DNA of 64,000 nucleotides from Cyanophora paradoxa CCMP329 (lineage: Eukaryota; Plantae; Glaucophyta): positions 248,001-312,000 of the forward strand of contig QPMI01000066.1 in NCBI GenBank assembly GCA_004431415.1, in the 5' to 3' direction. Each line of letters opens with the position of its first letter. Position 1 is the stretch's first letter. Positions 38,801 to 51,700 of the stretch are shown piece by piece. The notes below the pieces were generated by a model. The model saw nothing but the letters and a program-made list of their open reading frames with translations. It searched no databases and had not been told where the DNA came from. The translations under genes were made by a program, and so were the position numbers.

Positions 38801-41407
38801 CGGGCGCCCTGCCGAGAGCCGGGGGGTCAAGGACCGCAGAGTCAAGGGGCGACAGTCAAGGGCTTCTATCACACGGAGGGTTTGAAGACCGCTTATATTT
38901 CCTTATATCTCCAGGGGCGGGGGCGGGGCGGGGGCGGGGCGGGCGAGGGTTTAAAGTCAACGTCCCCTATCTTATGTTTCGTTATGATATATTTCCTTCG
39001 GCTCGGGGGCGGGGCGGACGAGGGTGACGAAGTCGTTGGTGAAGTGGCCCGAGTTCGTGTCCAGGAACATCCCGTACAGCCCTGCGCGACCAGGCGCGCG
39101 CCGGGGCGGGGCGGCGCGGGGTGAGCCGGGGCGGGGCGGGGCAGGGGGAGAGGGGGAGAGAGTGGAGCGGGGGGAACGTCGGGGACGTTGGGGCGCTAAT
39201 GAAATATGGCGGCCATGACGGCTCTAATCGAATAAAGCCAAGGGCGGCTCTAATGAAGACCGCGCACCGTCGGGGACGTTGAGGCGCTCGAGGTGGGCGA
39301 TCACCGCGTTCGCCTGCGCCGTTGAAGCGGAGGAGGCGTCACGAGGAGGGGGCGGAGGAGAGGACAGGGGAAGGGGGGAGGAAGGAGCGGCCCGCGCCCG
39401 CCGCGGTTCCGGCCCGCCGTCGGAGGCGGGGGGCTGGGGGGGGGGGGGGGGGGGGGGAGGGGGGGAGGGGGGGAGGAGTAGGGGGGGAGGGGGGGAGGGG
39501 CGCACGGCCTTGGCGTACTTGGGGTCCCCCGTGTGGTGGCTCAGCTGCGTGAACTCAAGCTGCGAACGAAGCGGGGGCCGGGCAGGGTCAGACAAGAAGC
39601 GCTACAGGCGCTAGAGAGTGTGAAACAAGGGGCGCAGAGCCCAAAGGGGATCGTGAAAGCGGCGGAAGAAGGGAGGGGGGGGGGGGGGGGGGGCGGACCT
39701 GGACGGTGGCGACCTCCGCAAGGGTGGCGGAGCCGGCGGCCCAGGCCGGCGAGTGGGCGACCCCCGAGCCCAGGTTCACCGTCGAGTGCGGGATCCCCGT
39801 CGGCGTCCCGAAGGCCGGCATCAGGCGGTCCCCCAGCTGAGCGGGGCTCAGGCTCAGGCTCAGGTGAGCGGGGCTCAGGTGAGGATCAGGCGGGTTTTTT
39901 CTGCACCTGCCGGGCCTTCTCAAGGAAGACGGCGTCGCCCGAGAGGTCGTACGCGGCCAGGAGGCCCCCCAGGCACCTGAGCGGCATCTGAGCGCTAAAA
40001 ATAGACTGAGGGGTGAGAAGCGGGGGGGGGTACGGTACCGAATCGTGGTCTCGAAGAAGCTGACGTCGCCCTTGTCGTGCCACGTGAGGTGGTCGGCGAC
40101 CCAGTTGCGCGCCGCCTCGAACTCGTCCTGTGGGGGGTACAGCAACTGAGCAGAAGGGCGCGGGAAGGGTACAGCTTTGAAGCGACGGGGGGGTACTACC
40201 TTCAGTCCCATGATCCACAGGGTGTCGAGGCTGTCGACGAGAGTGGCGCCCGTACCCCCGAAGTCGTCGCCGCCTCTGCGAGGGTTTGAGTCGGGGGGCG
40301 GGGGGGGGGGTACGCGGATGCGGGGTGCGCGGCCGCGCACTGCTTGCTGACAGGCCGGACCTCGTCCCGCCCCCACGCGAACTTCTCGTACCCCCGCCAC
40401 GCGTGCAGGAAGCCCTGCCGCCGGCATCGGGAGGGGTACGGCCAACTGGAGCGGAGGGGGTACGCACGTCGCGGACGGCCTGCATGCGCTCGGCGTCGGG
40501 GCCGGGGGGAGGGAACACGCGCGGCGCGAGGGCCGGCGGGGGCGGGATCTCTACGTCGCCGCCAAGCCCCAGCCCCTGCGGCTGCTGCTGCTGCTGCTGC
40601 AGCTGCTGCTGCTGCTGCGGGGGGATCTGCTGGTGGGTCTGCTGGCCCGCATGCTGTTGGAACTGCTGAGGCGGCGGCCTCTGCTGCTGCTGCTGCTGCG
40701 GAGGGAACTGCTGCTGCTGCGGCGGCTGCTGCTGCTGTTGCTGCGGAATGCCAGCGCCCTTCTGCGGCGGCGCGGCCGCGGGCGGCTGCCGGCCCCTGCG
40801 CTCCTGCTGCGCCGCCGGGGGCTTCCCTTGCGCGCCCTGCGCCTGCTCCTCTTGTACGCGCTTCTGCAGCTCCTGCGGGGACGGTCAGCGCCGCGGACGC
40901 ACACACAAACACACACTTCCGTCGTGGAGCCCGGCGCACCGATTGCAGCCGCAACACCTCCTGCGAAGGGCGTCAGCGAAGGGCAGAGGGAACGGCGCGG
41001 GGACGGGGACGGGGCCTCGCCTCCTGCAGCCGCTGCTTGTCCTCGGCGAGCGCGTGGACCTCCGCCCGCAGCTTCTCCGTGTCCGCCCGGCGCGGCGCGG
41101 GCGGCGGCGGCGCCGCCGCCGGCTCCCCGAGCTGCGCCTCGCCGCGCTCGCTGCCGGGCCCCGCGGGGTCGGCGGCTGCGGAGGGAGCGGCGACGTCAGC
41201 AACGGTTTTGGTCACTCCGAGGCTGCGCGCACGGGCTTCCCGCGCTCCCTCCGGCTCAGACGTTGCTGCCGTTGCCGCCGGAGAGAAGGTGCCGATGGCA
41301 ACCAAGTAGAAGAGGCCGACAGCGACTGCCGACATGATGAACAGTGCGAGGGCGCGCCGCCGCCGCAGAAACAGGTTGAGCCGCTTCCGCAAGCGCCTAG
41401 CGAACAT
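35502..41407 (-). CDS. Class I alpha-1,2-mannosidase (GH47), type II membrane protein with poly-Gln stem
   Basis: N-terminal [22 protein letters not shown]; [94 protein letters not shown]. Confidence 0.95.
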
Positions 41408-41902
41408 CTTCCGCCGCGCCGCTACTGACCACTGCTGGCAAATGAACCTCTCTCACGCCCGCGTCGCCGCCGACGCGTTCATACGGTCCCGCGCGCGATT
41501 GCGGTATGATTCCTGCGTCAGGAACTGCCGCCCGCAGCACGACCCGAGCCAGCAGGCTGGTGCAGTGTACCCCAGAGCGAAAAAACTCGGCGGCCAGGAG
41601 ATCGGAGTACCAGCCGGTCAGCGAAGGTTTCGAAGCACCAGCACAACCGCAACAAGGCCAAGACGCCCCGACGGGTGGACGACCGAGCGTCCTGAGCTTG
41701 AAGCGACCGTCGGCAGCGGCGAGCGGGCAGTCGTTGTACGCGGCGGCGATCAGTCATACCCTAGTCTGAAGGCTTGATAAAGCGACAGAGACGCACGCGG
41801 CCAGCCGCTGTACGTTCAAGAGCACTTTTGCTGGCGGCGGCCCGCGTCAGCCCGCAGAGCCTCACCGAGCCTGGACCAGCCTTAAGAGAGTAGGCGGGAG
41901 CC

Positions 41903-44654
41903 ATGCAGCCGCCTCCAGCTGCAGCCCGCCAGACGCCGCGCTCGCCGCCTGGGAGCTCCCGCGTCCCGGGGCACGCGGTCCCGCAGCCGAGGGGCCCCGG
42001 CCGCGCCCCGGGGCCCCCGGGCATCCACCGCGCCACGTCGTTGCCCTTTAGACCCTCCGCCAGCGCTCCGACCTCTCCAGCGCTCGGCGGCATCGGCGCG
42101 GCTGGCGCTGGCGCCCCGCCCCACCCGCGGCCCCCGCAAGCGCAGCTGCGGAGCCCGCCTGTCCCCGGGCGCGCTCATCCCGCTTCGAATTCCACCGCCG
42201 GACCCGGCCCCGGCCTGCGCCGGGCTTCCTCCCTCCCCTCCGCGCCGCCCCCGCTCGACCTCGCCTCGCCTCGCGGCGGCGCCGGCGCCCCCGGGCCGGG
42301 CGCGCGTTCCCTCGCGCGGACGGCGTCGGCCGCTCCGCTGTCTCCCGGCCGGTCCCACCTCTCGCGCTTCGAGATCAGCACCGAGAAGCCAGACTACCAG
42401 GAGGGCGAGGGCGCGTACCCGGGCCCCGCCCCGGCCCTTTTCGCCCGTCTCTCACATATTTCGTACCCCTCCCGCCCGATCGCCCGCCGCAGTCGTCCGA
42501 GGCTCCGTCTGGGTGCAAGTAGCCCCCGCTGCCGGTGCGGGTCCGAAGCGGGTCGACGGGGTACGCGAAACTCGGACCAGCCCGCCCCCTCCCTCCCCTG
42601 GCCTGGGCCGAGACCTCGGCAGGCGCCTCTGCCCGGGCCGCCCCCCGCTGTACCCAAGCCCTGGCCGCAAGCCGAAGACATCGCCCTGTTCGTCGACGGC
42701 TCCGAGCGGGTACGCGCCCCGCGGCCGAGCGTACCCCCACCGCCGGCTCCCCTCGCGCCTCACGCGGTACCCCCTGCAGGTCTCCTGGTCCAACAACGAG
42801 ATACCCCTCCTGACGCCCTCGGGCCCGGCCTCGCCCGTTGCGAACTCGACCTCTTTCAAGCTCATCCAGGCAAGGGGGGGTGAGCTTTGGGGGGTACACG
42901 ACGTTTCTAACGCTACCCCGCAGGCGAGGGTACCCCTGGATCGGGACCACGAACGGAGCAAGGAGGTCCTCCCGCCGGGACTCGACCTCCCGACCACTCC
43001 GGGGGGTACGCTGATCTCGATTACACTGTCCGGACGCGGACGTAACACCGTACCCCGCTCCTCCCAGAGCTCGTGGAGTTCCCTTTCTATTTCCAACTCC
43101 CCGACGACCTTACCCCGACGTGCGCATCGCAATTGCTGGGTACCCCCTCCGCGCCCCCGACGAGGGCCGTTTACCCCGCAGGTTCCGAGCGACGGAGGCG
43201 GGCCTGAACGGGGTAGCCTATTACTCCATCGAGGTCGCTTACCGCCTCGAGGTCTGTACCCTCCCTCCCCTCCTCTCTCCCGTTCCGACTGGGCGCCTGA
43301 ACCCGTCCGGCAGGCTCGTCTCGGTTCGAAGAGGGCTACACTCGAGTTCGGGGTCGTGAAGGTCCGCGGAAGGCCCAAAGTCTTCTTTCTCGTACCCCCA
43401 TGTTCTGTCGCCCGCCGCTCACGCCCCGAAAGCGTCCATCGGGAACCGACCCCGACAGGGCCTGCGCCCATTTCACGGTACGCCCCGCGCGAATCGCGTA
43501 CCCCCTCGGTCACGGGCTTTTGAATGTGTACCCCACCCCCAGGCGTCCGCCCAGAGCTTCTGCCGCTGCCTGGCCCCCTACAAGCTGCACCACATGGAGG
43601 CAAGCGCCTGTACCCCCCTTTGCGTTCCCCGCGGCTGAGGGAAGGGGCGGGGTACAGGCGAGGACGGACAGGGCGCGGTACCTCCCCGGAGACTCAATCG
43701 ATCTCGTCCTCTACTCGGAAAAGATGAAAAAGGTACCCCTCCCCCCTCCACCCCCCTTTTCCCACTCCCTCCTCCTGTACCCTGGACCATCCTCGCCGCA
43801 GGCGAGCGCGGGGGGTATGGAAGACATGACGCGGATGCGGTCCGCGCGGCCGAGGGTGCGTTCGCGGGCCCCGGGCCCTGCGGCCGCGCACGCGTCCGTT
43901 CCTGAGCGTGCCTCGCGCGCGCAGCTGCTGAGGCTGGTGCGGGTGGCGGGGGCGGGCCCCGCCCCCGGGCAGCTCCACTTCAGCGAGGCGCGGTGCGGCC
44001 CACTAAGCTCCTCTTAGCCGAGCCAAGCCGAGCCTCGCCGTGCCAAGCTAAGCAGCGCTTTCTCTCTCGTGGGGCAGGAGGGGCGTGGCCTGGGAGGACC
44101 TCGGCGCCTTCTCGGCCCAGGGCCAGGCGAGCCCCCGCCCCCGCGCGCGCGCGCGCGCCGGCGGCGCCGCTCTGATCGTGACCGAACCCTTGCGATCAGA
44201 TCCACGCGGGGGGTAGGCTTTCCTACGCGTACACGTTCCAGCTCCCGGCCTCCCTCCCGGTGCGCCCTGCCAGGCTGCCCTGTGCTGCGGCTTCCAGGGT
44301 ACCGGTCGCACTCTAAATCGTATGGACTCACCCATCGAGCGCAGCCGTCGGTGCAGGGCCGCAGCTTCGCGTACGGGTACGCCATCGAGCTGACGGTCCT
44401 CTCCGAAGTCGACGACGACCAGCGGGGTACGCGCGCTCCGAATTCGAATTCAGGGGGTACACGTATTTGTTCTTATTCGCGGCCGCGTCGGGTCAGGGGA
44501 CATGCCGATCGAGATCGGTTCTCGGAGGGCCGGGGCCGCCGTGGCCGGCGGGCGAACTGCGTCTCCGCCCCGCGCGGGCTCCGCGCATGCGCAGTACCCC
44601 TACGGCGAGGCGGGGGGAATGGTCCGGCCCCCCGCCGTCGCCCTCCGGCGATGA
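41903..44654 (+). CDS. Arrestin-fold (alpha-arrestin-like) protein with Pro-rich N-terminus
   Basis: FEISTEKPDYQEGE|VVRGSVWV, EFPFYFQLPDDL, YSIEVAYRLE, TDRARYLPGDSIDLVL, YGYAIELTV, MPIEIG are typical arrestin N- and C-domain strands. Confidence 0.7.
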
Positions 44655-45023
44655 TCATGAGCCGAAAATCAGAGCACATGCAATTAGCAATGGCACTTAG
44701 CCTTTTGAGAACCCTGCATGCGCATGCACGAAGATGCAGGCCTAGGGCCCGGGGGGGGGGGGGGGGGGGGGGGAGGGGCTGAAAAGGGAGTACGCATCCT
44801 AAGCACTCGAGCGTCAACCTGCCACGCTGGGCCGGCGGCTGCTTGTGGACGTTCGCTGCGGTTAGTGCGGGATCACATAACTCAGCCGACATAGCTCAGC
44901 CACTCTGAAACGAGCCCGGTCGCGTTTTGCGCGACACCGGCCGCGGCCGCGGCACCGCCACCGCGCGCGCGCTCGGGCGCCGACGGATCAGCAGGTGCAC
45001 ACGCTCGCGCGATACTAGTGTCA

Positions 45024-45236
45024 GCGGTCCGGGTGATTCACTCCCGGACTTGGCCATGGCCTCGGCCCCGGCCGGTTAACGTTGCACGTTGGCGCCGCGG
45101 CCGCAGCATATGCATGCGCGCGCGCTCCGGCGCCCGCGGTCCGGGTAATTCACTCCCGGACTAGTACTTGTCCTCGCGATCGGCCCCGGCCGGTTGGCGC
45201 CGCGGCCGCAGCATGCACGCGCGCTCCGTCGCCCGT
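45024..45236. repeat. Diverged ~105-bp tandem duplication differing mainly by 6-bp palindromic insertions
   Basis: gcggtccgggt(g/a)attcactcccggact at 45024 and 45136. Confidence 0.9.
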
Positions 45237-45740
45237 CGCCGTGTGGCCGGCGGTTATTAGAGCGGCCTTCGTGGTCTTGATCGTGATTGCTAAGCTAATC
45301 ACCGGCGCTCAGGCCCAGACCCCGGCGCGCTCGCGCGAATCGATATCCGGCCGCGCGCGGCCGCGGTCGAGGGGCCGGCCCGGCCCGACGCGATTCGAAT
45401 CCCGCGCACGCTCGCGCCGGCCGGACTCCGGGAGACGTCGACGCCGCGGCGACTTGGCGGCGACTCGGCGCACACAGCTGCAGGCGCGCGCAAGCGCCGC
45501 TGCGGGAATTCGAAGCTGGCCGACTGCGGCTGTGCGTTAACGTTGGTGCGTGTACATATCATGCATGTGCTTTCAAGTTCGGGGCCGGGATTCCCCGCGC
45601 GCCGGCCGCGGGCCGCCCCGCGCGCTCATGATCAGCCGCTGAGCTATCACGTCCGCAGCTATCACGAACTTCGGAGCGCGCCGGCCGCTAGCGCTGCTGT
45701 ACAAGTTGGGTGCCCCGCTCTGCGCGCAGCACCTGCAGCA

Positions 45741-48700
45741 ATGGCCGGATACGCGGCCGGAGCTGCAACGCTAGCAGCTGCAGCATGCGCGGCTGCTGAA
45801 GAGAGGAGAACGGATGCGCGCGAGGATGCGGGCTTAAGCGTCTGCCGCTGCGTCCGGGATACCAGGTGAGCAGCTGCAGCCAGCGGCCAGCGTGTGCATG
45901 CGTATGGTTGCGTGCACTGCGGGCCAGGGGCTCCCAGGCCCCGCCCGCGCCGGCTGCGGCGGGCCCCGGCATCTAAGCTTGCAATCGAGTGCTTTAATTT
46001 CGACGTCAACTTATTCGACGGTGCAGACCTGGCGATCTTGATCGGCTGTGGTGCGCCGGACCTAGCGACCGTGATCGGCCATGGACTTGCACTTGCCGGT
46101 GCCTTTGTCGGAAGTGCGAGGACGCGCGCTCGCCGGACGCCGGCGCGACTGCTGGCTTTTGTGGCCATTTTATTGGGCTTCTTGAGAGCATGAAGCGCCC
46201 TTGCAATAAAGAAGATTTCGAGGCTTGCAGGGCTCGTTGGCAGGTTCGCCCCCGTTTTTCGAGTCCCCACTCATGATCACCGACTGGGACATTCGATAAT
46301 CTGATCACTTTCATCCTTTGATTTGTAGAGCGAGCTCGACGACTGCGTCACCAAGCGCGGCGAGCAAAGTCTGCCATCTATCACATACGCGCTTCGGCTC
46401 GCCCGCCTCCTCTACCAGTTCAATATGAAAGCTGAAGTCCGCGAGCTCTTCGAGGTACTCGCGTATTCATTTAAGCCTACGTCCTGGTATAGATGTTGGT
46501 CACAGTGGTTTACTCGAGCTCATCGAATGCGCAGCGTTTCCTTGCGCCCCGCCTCCTGGATGAGCGGCGGCGGGATGAGCTTCGGGGCGCAGCGTCGCTC
46601 GAGAGCCTTGCGAACCACGTGGAAATATTTGGGAGCATCTGTTTCATGAACAAAACCTTTGCTCTCTCAAAACACGCTTTTTTGGTCTGATCGTGACAAC
46701 CCCGTTTCTTTTTTCTTTTATCATGCATCTGCATTGATCATGAATTCTTCGATCTCGCAGGCGGTGCAAGCGTACATGGAGGACATCTTAGGCAGGCCTC
46801 CTGGGTGCATGCGCAGAGACTCGTTCATCAGATCTAAAATTAGTTTGAGTCGCTGGGCTCTTGGAATATGCTATGTCCGGCTGGGGGAGCGAGAGAATGC
46901 TTGGGCGTGCTTTCAGGTACACGTTTAATTTTGCTTTCGAGAGCCATTATTACATGACCGTAAATATTATTCACGCACATATTCACAGTCGGCCGGGCAT
47001 TGTGAACTCAACCCACAAGATGGCCGGCGACGGATAATCAACTGCTGCGGCCTAAATCAATCAGATGCTCTTTACGAACTTGGCCGCATGTACAGGGGGG
47101 AAGGCCTATTTGGAACATCTGAAGAGGTCATGCAGGCAAGCGCAATGAGGGTGTGCAACTGTCGAAACTCGCGATCGCTTATCGAAATGCTCGCAGCTCA
47201 ACTTGAAACTGGCGACGCTTGCGTGCCAGAACTGTAAAGCGAACAATGTTCTCGGCAATGCGCTTGCCGCTCTCGGCTTCCTACTCGTTGGAAAGGGCGA
47301 GAACTTCGACAAAGCGGAGAGATACTTGAAGGTGAGCAACGAGAACTCTCGCCTCACGCTGCTCAAAAAGTTTCAGCTGGTCTTGACCTCGAGCTCACTG
47401 CGCAGCTTGGGCTTATCGAAACAGAGCGGCGAGCCTGCGGCTCGAAGAATCTAGATCTTGCGCAAATTCTGAACCATTTGGGCTTTTTGTACGAGCGAAC
47501 GCATCGCTACAGAGAGGCCGCGTCTTGCCTTTTCGTGCGTACACAACGTGGCCCGCTGCCTTTTAACTTCAATGTATGAATTTGTATCGCAGCGAGCGCT
47601 CGAGCTCGCCATTCAAGATGCGAACAGCGGACTCGTTAAAGAATTGACGGAACAAATTCTGGCTTCGCTGGATAATCTCGCATACGAACAGCTTTGTCGC
47701 ATGCGCTACGACGTCGACGCCGTTCTTTTTTCAATTAACGCACGGGTGATCGGAACTCCCCTGGGGCGAACGCGTGTGGGCCCATTTCCGATCTGACATT
47801 TACATCAACACGAACATCTCAGAAAATGCTCGCTTTTTTCAAGGAGTCTGGGAGGATGCCAACTGGTGTTTATACTGGTGGAATGTCTCATCGCACTGTT
47901 GCAGACGTGAGTTGATGCCCTTCAAGGGTTCAAGGGCTTCCATGGCCAGCTCTTTTGCATTGCGATGCATACGTACTCACAGTTTCTGGAGCACGTGTAC
48001 GTGAAGCGCTGGGGGGCCGCGGAGGATAGCAGTGTCCCGGAGGAATATGAGGCAATAAATATTGCGAATCTCGATAAGGTACGGATCCGGACCCTCTAGA
48101 TCTGCAGGTGGTAGTTTCGTTCTGTGATCTAATCGTTGAATGGTCATAAACTGCAGGAAGCGTTTCAGGATGCCCAGGCGAGCAGTGGCGCTCACGATAT
48201 AGATGAATGTGGCGGCCTACTACTTCTCAAGTGTTCGGCCTGCATGCGCATCAGGTAAAACCCTGCAGCTGATGCGCACAGTTTCAGGGCCTCGCGTCCG
48301 TTGGCACCTGCATCAGTAAATAAATATAGTAGAAAGAGATTAGTCATTCTTTGCGCAGTCAGAACCGAGACCGCCGACAATGGACCTGTAGTTGCCGTTG
48401 CATCTGCCCCAAGTGCAACAAGGCGCATACGCCGACCTCCAACGTGGCGGCTGGCTATTGTATCAACTTCATTGACCTTATGGAGGGGTATGAGGCACCT
48501 TGTAAAGGTGATTTCGAAGCCTGCAGGGCGCGTTGGCAGGTTCGCCCCCCGATTTCGAGTCCCCACCCATGATCAACAACTGGGACATCTGATCACTTCG
48601 ATCCTTTAATTTGTAGAGCGAGCTCGACGACTGCGTCTTCAAGCGCGGCGAGCAAAGTCTGCCATCTATCACGTACGCGCTTCGGCTCGCCCGCCTCTTC

Positions 48701-51700
48701 TGCGAATTCAATATGGGCACTGAAGCCCGAGAGCTTTACGAGGTGCTCGCGTATGCATTTTGGCCCGCGTCCTGGTATAGATGTTGGTTTAAACTCGAGA
48801 TCATCCAATGCGCAGCGTTTCCTTGCGCCCCGCCTCCTGGATGAGCGGCGGCGGGATGAGCTTCGCGGTTCATCCTCTCCTAAACTTCTTTTCCAACACG
48901 CGCGCAATTGTGGTAGGTTTCGCGTCGCCGATGGATTCGACTCTTCTGCCAAGCAGATTTATTTGGTGTGTCACAGTGTGTTTCGTCGGCTAATCCGATC
49001 TCCTGGCTAATCTGATCTGACCGTGGACTCCTGCGTTCAGGCTGCGTTCAGTCTCTATGCTCTATTTTTTCTACTTGAGCAGCTAGAGCACAACACCATT
49101 GCTTCGGACTTTGTCGAGGCGCTTTGGCAGCTGAGTAAAATTTGCATTGGACTCAAGCAACGCGTGGAGGCTTGGGAGCATTTTCAGGTGCTTCAGTTTG
49201 GGAACCGATTTATAATATAACTTATCTGCGTTGATCCTGGCGCCCATGCATATGGCCAGTTGGCGGAGAAGATCGATCAGGAACTCGACGCATGCGCATC
49301 TGCACTCCGAGCTAAGGATTCATGCGCTTTCTGCTGTTTAGGCTCGTGCTGTTGTCTGGGATCGATGGTTGTCGATCTTGCGAAACAGTTCCTCGAGGCT
49401 GGTGAAAAGCTCGAGGCAGAAAAGATCTTGCAGGCGCGCTCTTTTCCGATCTTGCGAATTTAAATTGTTCGCATTCTTCTCTGATCATCGGATGACAATG
49501 AGAGAGCAGTTGCTCTTGAAGCTATCAGAGAGAGCGTGCGAGGCTTGTCGAAGGAGGAATGTCAACGGCGAAGCGTTGGCCTTTCTGGGGGCCTTGTGCC
49601 TCGAGACGGGTCTGGGAGCCGACCGTGCCGAGTCATACCTTATGGTGAGACTCATTATATATCGCTTTATCATGAAACGCGTTTCCAAATCTTTACAATT
49701 GGACGTCCTGCCGCCGGCCGCGGCGCAGCGAGCACGCAAAGAGACGGAACAGTGGATGAGTGACCGATCGCGACCGCCCAAGGATGCATGCTTTCTTGTC
49801 GGCATTTTGTATACTCTTGCCCGATTATACAACTCAACAAATCGTTCCAGCGAGGCCGCGGCGCACCTCGCCGTGCGTTTCGTTTCCCGCAAATTAAAAT
49901 GAATTCGACCACGCGTGAACGAATTCGGCGCAGTGTGCTTCAAATTTCATTAAGCAAGAATCGAATCAGAAAATTGCTAAAGAGGACGCAGAACGTTCTC
50001 TCACGAGCCTGAATACGCTTCTTTCTATCACGCAAGATCCAGCTCTCCATGAAGTGCTTTCGAAGGCGAGCTCTTATAATATAATCAAGGGTGTTTTCGG
50101 TCAAAACACGACCGTGAAAATCTGATCATGTGTTCTCTATCCAGAAACTCTTCGCCTTCCACAAGAAGGAGGGTAGGATGCCCTCCCGTGTATTGGCATG
50201 TGCATGCTGTGGAACTAGCGCGGCCATGGACGATGCTTCAAAGGATTGCGTAAATTCCTTTTTCGAAACTCTAGATCTGATTCTGAGCTTGCAATTGTCT
50301 GCTTAACTTTCATATGCATGCGTGCGCAGGAGTCGGGATCCTTACAGTGCAATCAGCAGATGCTGAAGGAGAATTGCCGCAATCATTGCAAGTGCCGCAA
50401 GCAGGAGTCAATGGCGCGCGTGCACGTGCATGCACAGCGTCTCTCGAGCAAGCTGGAGGAGCGGCGGCAGGCGCTCGAAGAGCGGAAGCGATCGGAGGCG
50501 GAGCGGGAGCGGGCGAGGCAGGAGGCCGAGCGTGCCGAGCAGGACGCGCGCAACGCCGAAGACAAGGAAAATATATATCATATATAATAGCATTGCCGCG
50601 CGCGCTCACGCTCGATCGCGAGCAGGGGGCGGTCATGGGGTTCTTCCGCAATTCCGACTGGGCACGCGCCCGCCGTTTGCTCAATTCTCTGCTGAAGGTC
50701 CGGATTGCAAAATTGAAACTAGTACCTGCAATATCGTGATTGCAATTGCATTCGAAGTTTATTGCAATATTAATTTCAAAACTTGCAATATTGTTATTGC
50801 TTTTCACACGAATTGAGCAGCGGTCTCCGGGGGACGCGGAGGCGCGCCTGCTCCGCATCCGTGAGCTCTATTTCATTTTGTCGTTATTATTCTCTGTTTC
50901 ACGTGCTGGGCAGAGTGCATTGCGGGGGCGGGCCAGCTGGAGGCAGCTGCGCGGGAGGCGGAGGCCTGGGAGCGAGAGCTCGTCGCGTTAGAGGAGTCCT
51001 CCAGTGCTACTGCCGATTTACTCGGCAGGTGATAATAACGCAGTGCTCCGATATGAGCCCTGTCATTTCAAGTGACAATGCGGTTTCGGCAGAGTGCAGC
51101 AGGAGCGCCTGAAGGTGGAGCGAATGCGAGAGGCCCGAAGGCGGGAGGAGGCCGAGGCCGAAACGCAAGCGCGAGCGCGGGCGGAGGAGGAGGCACGACG
51201 GAAGGCAGAGCAGCGGAGGGAGCAAGAGCGGCTCGAGGCGGAAAGGCGACGTAGGGAAGAGGAGGACGCGAAACAGGCCGCCGAGCGCCGGAAGGCAAGG
51301 TGCCGCGAGAAAGAGGCAGTGCTCTCGAGGCAAGCGGTGGAGGGAGAACAGGGGCAGCAGAGGGAGGAAAGCGCGCGGGAGGAGGGGGAGGAGAATGCCA
51401 CGGGACGGGCAACGGAAACCGAACGGCGGCGGGAGGTGGGGGGCCATCCGGAGGAGCTCATCATGAATGGTGCGGAGCGCACGGAAGCGGTTCCATATTA
51501 AAGTTCTAGAAAATATTGTTTTGGCCCTGACACTCGCTCATTTCACTTGCAGCTGCCTTGGACGCGTTTACAATTCAAGCTGTCGATGTCCTAGAGGAGG
51601 AGAGCGACTGCACCTGTTCGATATGCATTGATTCCGAACTTGAGCTTGCCCCCGACGTTGACGCCCGTATGCTCGCACTCGTTTTGCTCCCGTGTGGCCG

